Assembly: GCA_949358305.1 (NCBI GenBank) | Contig: OX442314.1 | Span: 16,988,001-17,052,000 of the forward strand | DNA length: 64,000 bases | Source of the DNA: Strigamia acuminata | Taxonomy: Eukaryota | Direction: 5' to 3' | Part shown: positions 1 through 16,121 of the stretch, piece by piece | Numbering within the stretch: position 1 is the first letter of the stretch | How the letters are laid out: each line of letters begins with the position of its first letter | Program-made: the position numbers and the translations under genes | The notes under the pieces: model-generated | What the model was told of the DNA's origin: nothing | Database searches by the model: none | What the model saw: only the letters and a program-made list of their open reading frames with translations

Positions 1-731
1 CGGTCGAAATTCTTCATTAATTTTCGTTGGTAATTCCGGACCATCCTCTGAAATAAATCAAATTTGTTGTAAGTCAGTTTACGATTTATTTTATTTTTTG
101 ACAAATTCGTGCTGTTTAATACTGAGATCATAAAAAAAAAACAAAAGAAAATTTCAAGATAAACACTTGCAACAACTTAAAACATCTCGAAAACAAAGCA
201 TAACTAGCATTAAAACATCATCTATCACGCATGAAAAATGCCCCCCATTATTCTATTAATTAGCCATAAAATTATACATTGTCTAAACATAAACATTTGT
301 TTCAAATGACCAATCATATTACCTATTTCATCCTGCATGGCTGGATCAATTTTAGGCGAGAGAAATGCGATGAACAAATTAAGATGATAAATACCCAACG
401 CGTAGGTTATAATATACCATCCCTGAAACACAAAAAAATCATATTTATCAACGACTTAACTCGTTTGAATGTCTACATACTTGTAAATAAAAAACTCGTG
501 CCAAATATAGTAATCCTAGTATCAATGTTGCTGCCCACCGGCCGAGCGTATATGGTGTCCACGAGTCCAACAGCTTCTGATATAACTGAAGTGGATAACA
601 CTATAGGTAACATTTTATTGTTTCTTTAAACGTGTGTGTATCATTTTAATTTCCTTCACCTGACATAGCCTTCTGTAAGCACGCGTCAATATTCTGGGTT
701 GTGGTTTAAGAGTGGCCGAGTCGCCCTCCAT
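1..731 (-). CDS. RER1: Protein RER1 (retention in ER 1); 5' part, runs off the window start
   Basis: Exons 731-660, 585-481, 422-323 and ~47-1 splice to MEGDSATLKP...LYQKLLDSWTPY...QGWYIITYALGIYHLNLFIAFLSPKIDPAM...DGPELPTKINEEFRP, the typical Rer1 sequence. Confidence 0.93.
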
Positions 732-1186
732 ATCGGTGTTTTAGGCCTAAAACGTCTTTTATAGGCTCACAATTTGACTTTTGGTAAAATGTGTGACTTC
801 CAAGGAACGATCATACATCTGAATTCAGTTAATTCGAGTCTACTCTTTGCTGTTTGCCCAATTGTTTTTGACAAACGTACAATGATATCTCGATGTAACT
901 TCTCGATTATCCGGCCCAGTCATGGACGCCACGTTGCCAGCCTCGGTTTCACTTTTATCGGTAGCGGCGGCTGGCGATTGAGTCACAGAATAACATTATT
1001 TTGTGATTGAGTTATAAAATTGTAATGTTAATTTTTTTGCTTTTTCTTTTTTCTTGTTGAGTTTTTTATTTGCTTTTTCTTTTTCGTTATTGGATTAAAA
1101 TTAAAATATTAAAATAAAAATATTTTATATTTTAGCGACACCTACTGAGAAAGTGTTCAATTCGGCCAGTCACAACACGCTGCAAC

Positions 1187-1837
1187 ATGGCGGACAGCGA
1201 GGACGATTTACCGGAGAGTATCAGTTTTTCCGCTTCTAAAAGCCAAGCTATAAAGGATTTCCAGTTATCCGTTAAAAAAGGAATCTCAAAAAAGCGGCGT
1301 GTTAAAAGGCAGAATAATAACGATGAGGAAACACAAATACAGCGAAAACCTAAAAAGGTTTCGAGTCGTCTTATGTTTATACTTATGCTGCTAAAATAAA
1401 TTTTCTTAACTATTTAGGAAAGACTACCGAAACCAACTTTCGAAGAAAGTGAAACAAGTATTTCGGATGATAATATTCGTATAATCGAAGCTGGGTAAAA
1501 GCATATTAAGTTTTTTTCTTTATATTTTTATAATGAATTAATTTTAAATTTTCATATTTTCAAACAAATTTAGGACCACTGTATTTCAAATTGAAACCAT
1601 AGACGATAATTTATCCAAAGCGCACAAAATGTCCGATAAGGCCATTGAGTTTCGACGTAAACAGCTATCGAAAAGAAGTATTGAAAGACAAACAGGTAAA
1701 AAAAAAATGAAATAATCAGGTAAAATTTAATTACAACTTAGGTTTTGACTATATTTGCAGCAAAATCCTGGTTAAGCCAACGTATCAAAGTTGCAACTAG
1801 AACATCAACTCAATGTAAGGCAATTGGAAGGCAATAA
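1187..1837 (+). CDS. Small basic protein, possibly nucleolar protein 7 (NOL7/Utp16)-like
   Basis: Four exons (~1187-1357, 1418-1494, 1574-1695, 1761-1837) splice in frame with GT-AG. The N-terminal acidic DDLPESISF, Lys/Arg-rich middle and C-terminal KAIEFRRKQL resemble NOL7-type proteins. The family call is from memory only. Confidence 0.55.
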
Positions 1838-1957
1838 AATTTGTAATTTTTGTTAAAATTTAAAAAAAAAAATGCAAGGGTCGTCATTACTTAAGGCAAA
1901 CTGGAAATGAATGATTGAATGCATAATAAATTGAGTATGACAAAAGTCTATTCCATT

Positions 1958-6087
<4,130 letters not shown>

Positions 6088-6503
6088 TTTACAAATTCAA
6101 AATAATAAGGATGATTATTTTTTTTGTTTCAAATACTCTCAATCACCCTGCTGGAATCAACTAATACATAATAGATGCACACAAACAGATATGCGGAAAT
6201 CGGATGTTGCTTACTTTCCCCCTCTCGTTTATTTACATCTTTCTTGATAACGTCTAGCCGAGAACTACTAGCGAGCGGACGATACTAAACGTTTTATTGT
6301 ATTACGTTTTTTATTTTATTTTATTATTTAAAATTTTAAAATTTAATTTTTATCACATAAATTAAAATATTTTGTAAGATAATAATATTAAATAAAAACT
6401 TTTATTGTAATTAATTAGTTTGTTATTAATAAATTGAAGGGTGTTGTTCTGCTGATAACGAAAATACAGCGCTGCACAGTGCCAGGTTTTATAAACATCT
6501 AGC

Positions 6504-7999
6504 ATGGCTGATCATGATTCCGAAGCTGGGGGAGAAGCTGTAGAACAGCATTCTCCTTTAGTAATCGACCCAGAACCAAGTAATTATCTAGATTGCTTTA
6601 GACCTCTGTGTAAGTTTATTTGTTTCATAATAATATTTTTTTAGTGCCTACAGATGATCACAAGGAGTTGTCACTTGTGGATCCTGAAGCCATAGTAAGA
6701 AAGTGATCAATTGTTCATTTTCATAATTTTTTATTGTATTTTTCAAATTCTAGGATGTTGATTTGAACCACTGTAGAATTGAAAAAATTGAGTTCCTAGA
6801 ACGGTTACGGAAACTTGAGGTTTTGGCTGTTTTATTTAATTTATTATTAATTTATTATTGTTAATTTTATTGCGTTTAAAAGTCCAATCTTTTATTTTTT
6901 ATAGACACTGTGTTTACGGCAGAATTTAATTAAGAAGCTTGAAAACTTAGATTGTGCAGTCACATTAAAGGAGTTAGATTTGTACGATAATCAGATATCG
7001 GATATTGAAAATCTCAATGGACTTGTAAATCTAGAGTAAGTTTAAAAAGCGCAAAACGTTAGTGCTATTTAATGTGAAACTTTTTATCAATTTGAATAGG
7101 ATTCTGGATTTATCGTTTAACCGAATTAAGCAGATAAGAGGACTCGATCGGCTGGCTAAATTAAAAAAGCTTTTTCTGGTTAACAATAAAATCTCCAAAA
7201 TTGAGAATTTAAATCACTTAAGCAATTTGGAGATGCTCGAGTTGGGTTCGAACAAAATCCGGGTATTTTATATTTGTGTTACTAATGTCGGCAATCTTTT
7301 AGTAATAAGTTTTTAAATTTTAGGTGATTGAAAATTTAGACGGATTGTTCAAACTTAAGTCACTTTTTCTTGGGAAAAACAAAATCGTCAAGTTGGAAAA
7401 TTTAGAATATTTAATTAGCTTGGAAGTCCTTAGTATCCAGGTAAAAAACCAAAATATAAATAATTTATTTTGATGATATTTTGAACCATTGTTTTTTTTC
7501 AGAGTAACAGAATTGTTAAATTATCAGGTTTGGATAAATTGCTTTGTTTGGATCAACTTTACATTAGTCAAAATGGAATTGAAAAGATAGAAAATTTGAC
7601 ATATAATGTATGATATCCGTTTAAAGAATCAGATCGGTCAGTAAACATGAAGTTTTTTCTAGACTAAGTTGCATACCCTCGACCTGGCTACAAATCGAAT
7701 TAAAAAACTCGAAAATGTGACTCATTTAAAAGAGATGGAAGAACTGTGGGTAAGAAATTTAGTTTACAAAAACGTAAACGCTCAAACAAAATAATAATAA
7801 TAATTTTTTTTTTTTAATATTTCAGATTAATCATAATCAAATTGATGAATGGAATGATTTAAATGAATTAGTTAACATTAAGACGTTGACAACAGTATAT
7901 TTTGAGGGAAATCCGATCCAAAAAGACCCAATGTACCGAAGAAAATTAATGACACTCTTGCCCCAAATTCAACAAATCGATGCCACCCTTTGCAAATGA
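6504..7999 (+). CDS. PPP1R7: Protein phosphatase 1 regulatory subunit 7 (sds22), LRR protein
   Basis: Multi-exon SDS22-type LRRs (LDLYDNQI, LDLSFNRIKQI, LELGSNKIR) and an LRR cap YFEGNPIQKDPMYRRKL...QIDATLCK*. Confidence 0.92.
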
Positions 8000-8207
8000 A
8001 TAATTGACGGACTTATCTTTTGATTTAATTCGATAGTTAAATTAAATTTCTTTGATACAGAGAATGTGCAGCCAATATCAATAAAGTTTAAATAATATTA
8101 ATAATACATTTCATAAACATTTGTTTACGTTTAATCTGTATAAAAATTTATTACAATTCAAATTCTACATTTTGTCACCGATGAACATATTTTTGTTTCA
8201 GTAGGTT

Positions 8208-9528
8208 TCATAATGGTGGAAGTAAATCTACAATTCAAATTTTAAAAAAAATTAAACGATTAAAACTTTTTTTTAGACTAACGTCAAATTCAAATACCAG
8301 ATTCTTTGTATTCTATTTGACGCAGGTATAGCCCATGTGCAGGTGCCATCGTCAGATGTGCTGGCCAATGGTTTTCTGAAGCGACATCGAACAAGTAATG
8401 AATGTCAGCTAAACTTAAACGACCTTGAGCTGCTGCCAACATTACTGATGTCATTCTTCGTACCTGAGAAAGGAGGAATGTATAATCCATCGTCGTAAAT
8501 TATTAGTTCATTCTCTATTTACTCAGATTTACCTGATTATATAGAAAACCATTTGATTTAAAATGTAAATCGTAAAACTGCATCCCCTTGTACGATGGAT
8601 CCACTAGCGACATAAAACCCGTGCTTCGGCTTACATTAACTTCAACTTTACGAAGTGTATCCTTATTCTGATTTTCGTCGTGTGATTTGGTTGTAAAACA
8701 TTTGAAATCACGTAAACCAGACAGCAAAAAAGCCGCCTCGTGTAGACTGGCTTCACATAACGGTGGGCTAAAAACAATGTTTATGTTATTTTTTTAAAAT
8801 TATAATTATTATTTTAAAATAAAAAAATTAAAAAAATTCTTAGAAACCTAATAAAATAACATCGATCTAATTCCGCAATTGGAACTCGTGTACAATCTAC
8901 ATAATCAGTTGAATCAGTAATCGCTAAACGATACACATACGATCGTGAAACTGCAGAGAAACGACAATGAAAGTCAGAGTTGACATGAAATACATCCGTA
9001 ACACTGAATAACCAAATTAGTTTGACAAAAAAAAATCAGTATCATAATAAACAGACAAATAAATAACAAATACGTTACATCATGTCGTGTTTGGAATTCT
9101 TCAAACTGCGATTTAATTGTTCTTTAATAAATTCGCTATCATATTCATATCCTTCTTTTGGATGCTCCAAGTCCACATGCGATGTATTCATCAGAGCATG
9201 CACTCCTTTATCCGTCCGACTTGATGTAGTAAGCAATGCTTCATTTTTCGGATATAATCTCCGAATAGCATTCTGAAATAATTGCTATTATGATTACGGT
9301 ATTGAATTATTTGTCATTTTGATTCATACTTCTAAAACCCCTTGAACTGAAGGATAATTACTAGTAGATTTATCAAGTTGGCGCTGCAGCCCACTGTAAA
9401 AATAAAGAAAATTATGTTTCATACATTAATTCATACATACATTCATACATTCATACATAAATTCATAAATGGAGACTATACCTAAAACGTGATCCAATAT
9501 ATGCAAAGCGTATCAAAAAGCGACGCAT
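8208..9528 (-). CDS. PUSL1: tRNA pseudouridine synthase-like 1 (TruA family)
   Basis: MRRFLIRFAYIGSRF...TSSRTDKGVHAL (catalytic Asp)...FHCRFSAVSRSYVYR...GFLYNQVRRM...MAPAHGLYL. Confidence 0.88.
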
Positions 9529-10065
9529 TTTATACAACAAACTTATTGCATCACGTATGTCATTTGTTTTTATTTTTGTTTTCCAAGCCCAAGCCGCTAC
9601 AAAACCATATCCGGTCGAGTTGTATTGGTTTGGCCAATGACTCGCGAGGAAATTTTGCAACGCCCCGCCCCTGTTGGCCTCGATGCAAACAACAAATCTA
9701 AACTACTAAATAAAAATCTAGAAATTAAACTAAAAATATTTACAAAATTTAGACCCGACAAAAATTTTATGACAAAATCGCTTTCTTGCGTCAAGTGTTA
9801 TTGTCACAAGCACTTTTAAATGTGAGAAATAATTCTTCAAAACTTAGATTAAGTTTTACACGGAAGTATGGAGTAAATTTAGCTCTTATTACATCTATGC
9901 CGCCAGGAAATATCCCACGATGCTTTGGAATCAAACAACCGGTCGGATTTAAAAGATGGCCACCGAGCGGTAATGGTTGAAAAGGAAATGATGATTTCCA
10001 GATAAGATATGAGAAAAAGGCCCAATTGATTGCTCAAATAGAATCAGAACGAAAAGCACGTAGAA

Positions 10066-11062
10066 ATGTCTCAGAACCCGAAATCGAAATCGAAATCGAA
10101 ATCTGAAACCGGTGGAGGAAGTGGTGATGGTCACCACAGCCACAGCCACGGCCACAGCCACGGCCAGAGCCAGAGCCAGAGCCCGAGCCCGAGCCAGAGC
10201 CCGAGCCCGAGCCCGAGCCCGAGCCAGAGCCCGAGCCCGAGCCATGGCCGTAGCCATACCCAGCCTCACAGCCATAACATCAACCCCAGCTTGGACGGAA
10301 GCCATGAAAGTGGTGAAGACCATAGACACAGCCCTGAAACTGGGGGACAAAGTTCCATTCCAGGTGTTAGAAAAGTAGACATGAAACTTCTTGTTGGTTA
10401 TTTAAATCAGTGCATCAACAGCGACGGGACTATAAGTTTCAAATATTACATCAAAATGTTTTGGGAAATTAATAGGTTTGTTTGAATCTTAATTCACAAA
10501 TACTAATATTATTTAATTTTATATTTTTTAATTTTTTTAATTTTTTAGATTTTTCGAATTGATGGGCGCCGTGTTTCATTTCGTTTCGAAAGACGTCGTA
10601 GCTAAATTATTAATTTTAGAAGATTACCAGAAATCCGAACAAGCGGCCCATTACGTCACTATTGATTCAATGATGATATACGAAAAAAAGCACAATCTAT
10701 TGCGAAAGACAACTGAGCCTTTATCTGCAAGCCGCACTCTATTGAGATTGCATCGAGCATTGGAGTTCACTATCGTGTTTCTGTCGAAAGCGAATTCTGC
10801 TAAGGACGACGAGAAAATGAGCCCACACGCTCAAGAAGCTTATAATAATACACTCGCCTCCTTCCATCCGTGGATAATCAAGAAAGCAGCTAATGTTGCA
10901 ATGTACGCTTTACCGTATAAAAAAGAATTATTGGAACAGACGTGCAAGCAGACGAAGGACGAACTGAGACTGTTGGTCGAGGAAGTTGTAGTGAAGAGCA
11001 GAAAAGTTTATGACGATGTACAAAGTTTGTATGTTAAACATGATATTCTTGATTTACCTTAA
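10066..11062 (+). CDS. CPTP: GLTP-domain lipid transfer protein (ceramide-1-phosphate transfer protein-like) with a low-complexity N-terminus
   Basis: Exons 10066-10475 and 10549-11062. Motifs [39 protein letters not shown] and LLDLP-like C-terminus ILDLP*. Confidence 0.85.
10135..10242 (+). repeat. Coding hexamer tandem repeat (CACAGC/CACGGC/CAGAGC/CCGAGC, ~18 units)
   Basis: Directly visible. Encodes [20 protein letters not shown]... and is preceded by AAATCG repeats (KSKSKS). Confidence 0.95.
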
Positions 11063-11515
11063 TCAAATTTGCTCACGACACTGTTTGCTATTTATGAGTG
11101 TATTTGTTAACATTGTATTTTTTAAAAACTGTTATTTTTATAAAAGAAATACGAGTTAATAAAGTTTTATGGTGTACGAGATGTATCCCAAATGGAATTT
11201 AACATTTTAAGTTTGGGCGTTTTTTTTATTTCGTTCGAAATCTACAAAAAAAATGAGTTCAAAAGCCTCGAGAACTGAACCCGAGTAGGATACCACCCCA
11301 TTATTAACCTTCCATTCCAGTATTACGCATTCATATGTTACAACGACGTCATGTCTATTCTCACGCCGGATTGGTTTTTAGGGATCACGTGGTGATACAT
11401 TTTTTTGCTAGCTTTTCCTTGCGTTTAGATTTTGTGTGGTTACCCGAGAATTCTAGAATTTTTCGATCTGTGGCTTGGTGTATTTATTGCTGCTTGTTTT
11501 AAATTTCATTCAAAC

Positions 11516-12922
11516 ATGTCGATGTTTGGCTCTACGATGCGAGAATTTGACGAGGATCCATTTTTCAGGTTGGTGTTTTCTAACAATTTACAACAACGGA
11601 GATATACAAAACGAACGTGCCAACATTTGCAATCGAAATAACCTGAAATTTTTGTGTTGAACTAAACTCATATTGCGTACATACCAATTACAATTTGACC
11701 GACTTAATCAAAATGACCGACAGAAGAAAATTAAACACACATCACAAGAAATAGTAAAGTCATTTATGACCTTTTAACGAATTACATAATTAGTAGTAAA
11801 TTAAGGAGTTTATTTGGCCTTTTCACTTGAGATTTGACACTTGACGACACAACTCGATTTTTTATTGCTTTTTCTAGCTCCCACCGCGATCATATGCGCC
11901 ATATGGAACAAATGATGGGTAATTTCATGGACCCGTTCGAAAATATGTTCGGTGATATGAGGAATATGATGGGGTTGCCAAGACTCATGCCCAGTAATAC
12001 ATCCAGACAAATGAACCCACGACGAGATAATCAAAATCGCGGAATGGTCCCGTTTGGCTTTGGAAATCCATTCGGTTTTCCGCAAATGGGAAATATTATG
12101 CCGAATTTTGTAAGAGCATTTAAGTTTTATGTTGTCATTTGTAGTAAACTTTGATGTTTTCAGGGACAAATGGCAAACGATCCCAATTGTCACTCGTATT
12201 CTTCGTCGTCATACGTAACTTATTCCACCGGAGGAGACGGGCAACCCAAAGTATACCAGGTATATTTGTGCTGCGACTTTATTGCATCGATGTATGTCGT
12301 GTGACTCGAGAATTTTAATATTTTTAGGCATCTGCGTCAACTCGAAGGGCACCGGGAGGCGTACGTGACAAATTAAACTAATTTAGATTTTACAATGCAA
12401 AAGATGTGAATTTTTTTTTAAAATTTATTGAAAGGTGAAAGAAACACGAAGAGCTGTATGTGATTCAGAAGCGGGCGTGAGAAAATTGGCGATTGGTCAT
12501 CACTTGGGCGACAAAGCACACATTATTGAAAAAACAAAGTACGCGACTACAGGCGAAGAAGAAGAAAATGAAGAATTTGTTAATATAGATGACGGTACAA
12601 GTGCTCGTACATTTTAAATTAAATCTTTTGAGTTCTAATATGGAAATCTTTAATCAGATGAAGCTGCCAAATTTAATCAGCAGTGGCAAAGTCAACTACA
12701 GCCTCGAGTGGCGAACCCAGCCATACTTCCTCAAAGAGTGCATTTCGCCGGCGAAAGGCAACGCGCACTACCCAATCCATCGAGGTAATTTGTTGGGTTT
12801 TTGCGCAGGTTACGGTAGTAAATGTTGTGATTTGTATTCATAGGAAGAGGGATCACAAAGATGACTCTGGAGAGGAAAAAACAAGAAGGAAACAAAAACA
12901 TAACAAGGGAAATCGTCAATAG
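11516..12922 (+). CDS. MLF: Myeloid leukemia factor
   Basis: MSMFGSTMREFDEDPFF...HSYSSSSYVTY...QPKVYQASASTRRAPGGVKETRRAVCDSEAGVRKLAIGHHLGDKAHIIEK, the Mlf1IP domain pattern. Confidence 0.9.
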
Positions 12923-13309
12923 GGTGGAAAATGACAGCCTTCACGAGCGTTTACAAGTTCGTTTAGTTTCAAAAATTTCATGGCAGGTTATAGGATCAGA
13001 GTTATGTAAATTTCTTACGCATAAATTGAATCCTTTTGTCACTTTTCAAGTATTGGGTTTACGTGTTTTAGCTAGTTAACATTTAAAAAACAAACTGCGG
13101 TTTATATCTTATTTCATTATCAGCTTTATTTGTGCTTTAAAAACAAAAAAATAATTTCAATTTGACAATTTACTATAAAACAAATTTTAAAATGTGTAAA
13201 ATTTAAGGCTTAATAAAACATCGAAAAATGTGAAAATTATTTCATTTAAAAGTCATGCTCGTAAAATAATGGGGTGTAAAAATTGATCCAAAGTTGATGC
13301 GTCAAGGCA

Positions 13310-15049
13310 CTAGTGGAAAGTTGCCCCTGAATCAATCATAAAATCAATTTCCTTAACTTCGTCCAAGAACGCTTTATCTTCTATGACTTCGACGGTTTGA
13401 ACCAACAGTAATCGCAAGCGACCTTCAGGTAAATGCAGACCAGCTCCACACAACTGTATCAATTCCTCAACTTCCTCGTTAATCATAGACTTGAAGTAAC
13501 CGATAGGTATTCGGCCTTCATTCCGCTCTCCAGACGCGCTCGTATGGATGAGCGTAAAAGTCGTGTTTGCATTCAAACGAAAGAACATGCCAGCGATAAT
13601 CTGACCATTCGCATCGCGCTGAAGAAGCGAGCGGAAACTATATACTATGTTTCTGCGTTCGGTTACATCGACAGCATTGGCAAAAGCCTTGTCCACGTAA
13701 AATAGATTGGTGTGGAATTTGCTGTGATCGTTTCGAATCTCTTCGCAATGCCATTCAACATATCGACCATTTTCATGGAGTTGGTAACAATATTTTCTGG
13801 TACATTTGTCTGTTCGACTCTGCACGAACCATCCAGTGTGTGGAAACTGTCCGTCTGCCATAATAATTACCACGCGACCTACATGGTAGCCCGGGTCCAT
13901 CAAAATGAACCCATTGCGCCCATCTACGTTGACCCGCGCAACTGCCGCTACATGCTCTTTCTCTACGTCTCCTGCAGGGATCTCCATCAAGCAATACTCT
14001 TGCGGTTTACTGATACATTCCTCAGCGGAAACCAAATAAAATGACCCAATCATTTCCGGGTTGTTACAACCAAAGTCTGAAGTGACTATGCGATTAAGCA
14101 AATCCAGACCTAAACCCACGCAAGTGTGATGTTCCGGGGTAATAACGGGGGTATAGTTTTTGTAGAAATCCAAAGCATTTTGGCTCGACTGTCGCTTGAA
14201 AGCGTCGTAAAATCTAGAGGAATAAAAATTCAATTATTAAAACTGAACAAATATCTTGAAATTATAAATTAAATCACCTTAGCAAGTTACCGATCGTGTT
14301 GTAGGGATGAAGAACTAATTGCTCTTTCAAATAACCTTCGATCAAAGCAACGAAATTATCAAAACTTTCAACCGAGCGAAATGAAATAACAGGCGGAGCC
14401 GGTTTCCAAATGGCAGCAGGCAGAATGTGGTCATCGTCATCATCATCATCATCAATCTCCACCTTGAAAATTATGCAAGGGTTAGACGGGAGTTCAAGTT
14501 TGAATTTTAACTGGGTTTACCTGATCGTCAAAGTCCTGTGTGACTATCGATCCACTTTGCAGCTGATTCACTCGGTTTCCATTAGTAACCAATTGATTAT
14601 CACCAGACGTCACAACTGGTGAGCTGGAAAATAAACTGTGCGACTCAGTATAATGAACAAAAATTATTATTGCGTTTTAGTTTTACCTGCTGGGTAAGAA
14701 TGTTAGAGTTTCGAGTCAACTTGGCCATTCTTGTCCACACTTAATGAGGAAAGGAGTCCCTTCCACAATCATTTCCTCCTCAATTTGGACTCCTATACTC
14801 TCTAAAATTAACCGTTTTAATTTTTTGGTCTCTATAATTAAAAATAAAAAATAAAAAAGGTTAGAATTTTGAAAATTAATATTTATCTGCAAAATAATGG
14901 AAAAAAAACATTTTTTGTTAAAAATAAAATAATAACAAAATCAATAGTCAATGGCCTTATGGTAATCATGGTCATGGCCACAACGGCACACATATCAGCT
15001 GATCAGAAATAAATAAATTCATTAGTTAATAATTATAAATCTTACCCAT
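13310..15049 (-). CDS. Uncharacterised protein with a putative Cys-His-Asp triad (arylamine N-acetyltransferase/transglutaminase-like fold); 5' structure ambiguous
   Basis: Exons 14213-13310 and 14462-14278 are clearly coding (HPYNTIGN, HHTCVGL, EKEHV, LMDPGY). Upstream exons 14623-14521, 14831-14687 and 15049-15046 have good splice sites but contain an in-frame UGA (see findings). Confidence 0.7.
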
Positions 15050-16121
15050 TAACTTCGTATTCTACCCGCGATCCTAATTTGTTAACTGTATGCCACAACA
15101 GCAGTTATTGACTGAAGTTCCGCGAAGCCGAGACAAAGAATATATCAATCCCGTTTCGTTTTTCATACGTCACAATTTGGCAATCGAAACATGACGCATT
15201 TGCTTGCGCATTCGCAGTTTCTGATGATCGATTAAAAATGTTGTAATGCCGCAGCCGCTAGAGCCAAATTTTATAAAATCAATGTTTACATTTTGATTAC
15301 ACTTTAATTGCAAATTACCAGGAATAGAATTACATTTTTATTTTTATTTTCTGCGTTATGTTTGATATAAACTTAAATAATCGATTAAAATGTTACCTGT
15401 TTGTGAAATGTATATGTATGTATACAGGGATATTAAAAATTGAAATTTGAGTTTATTTATCGCAGTTTTTAAAACACTTTATTTTGGTAATAGAACACCT
15501 TAGTTCTTGCGTAAGTAGGTTCAATGGTTCAAGGCTAGATTTAGTCGTCTGCTTTGACTCTGCAGACGTTCTGCTCGTTGAACTCAGGAAAATTTGATTT
15601 GTTGCGCCTGTGCGCAGATGTGGCTGGATTCAAGTCGTTTCATTTATAGCAAATGATTTTGTTCTGTTTATCTTTTATCGAAGTCATTTGTTTAATCAAG
15701 GTAAAGAAACAAGATAATATAGAACAATAGCAAGCTCTTCATATATTCGTAGTTCAATCTCGTTCACTCCAATGTCCAAATTGTATGAAATTATCCAAAA
15801 AAAATGTCCATTAATCATTTATATCCGCTCTTAAATTCAAGTAGTTGTCAAGTTGAATGAGAAGGATATTGTACCTAATATTACAATTTGGTTATATAAA
15901 AATTGGAATAAACTCAGATTATTAACCATTAATATTGCGGTTTATCAATTGTTAAATTATGAAATCTTCAGAACATTTTACAGTTAAACTTTGAACATTT
16001 AGGTCCTTCACATGTTGTCATCAAAGCATTGGACCATTTGTGAATTATGACATAGTTGGAAATAACGTGACAAAAAAAAAAAAAAAAAATTATTTATATA
16101 GTGTAAGATAAGAGTAAAATA

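Noticed and set aside
9415..9470. ttcataca(t) tandem repeats in PUSL1 intron 1
   Set aside because: Ordinary degenerate microsatellite.
9949..10378. ORFs with ARARAR/TATATA repeats on both strands
   Set aside because: Shadow frames of the hexamer repeat within CPTP exon 1.
13205..13262. AUGA...AAA...GA pattern in the 3' UTR of the NAT-like gene as a SECIS
   Set aside because: The helix above the putative quartet pairs poorly and the region is very AU-rich; not supportable by eye.
15515..15640. Short hairpins and an imperfect direct repeat (ggctagatttagtcgt / ggctggattcaagtcgt) in intergenic DNA
   Set aside because: Too short and without recognisable RNA or transposon hallmarks.
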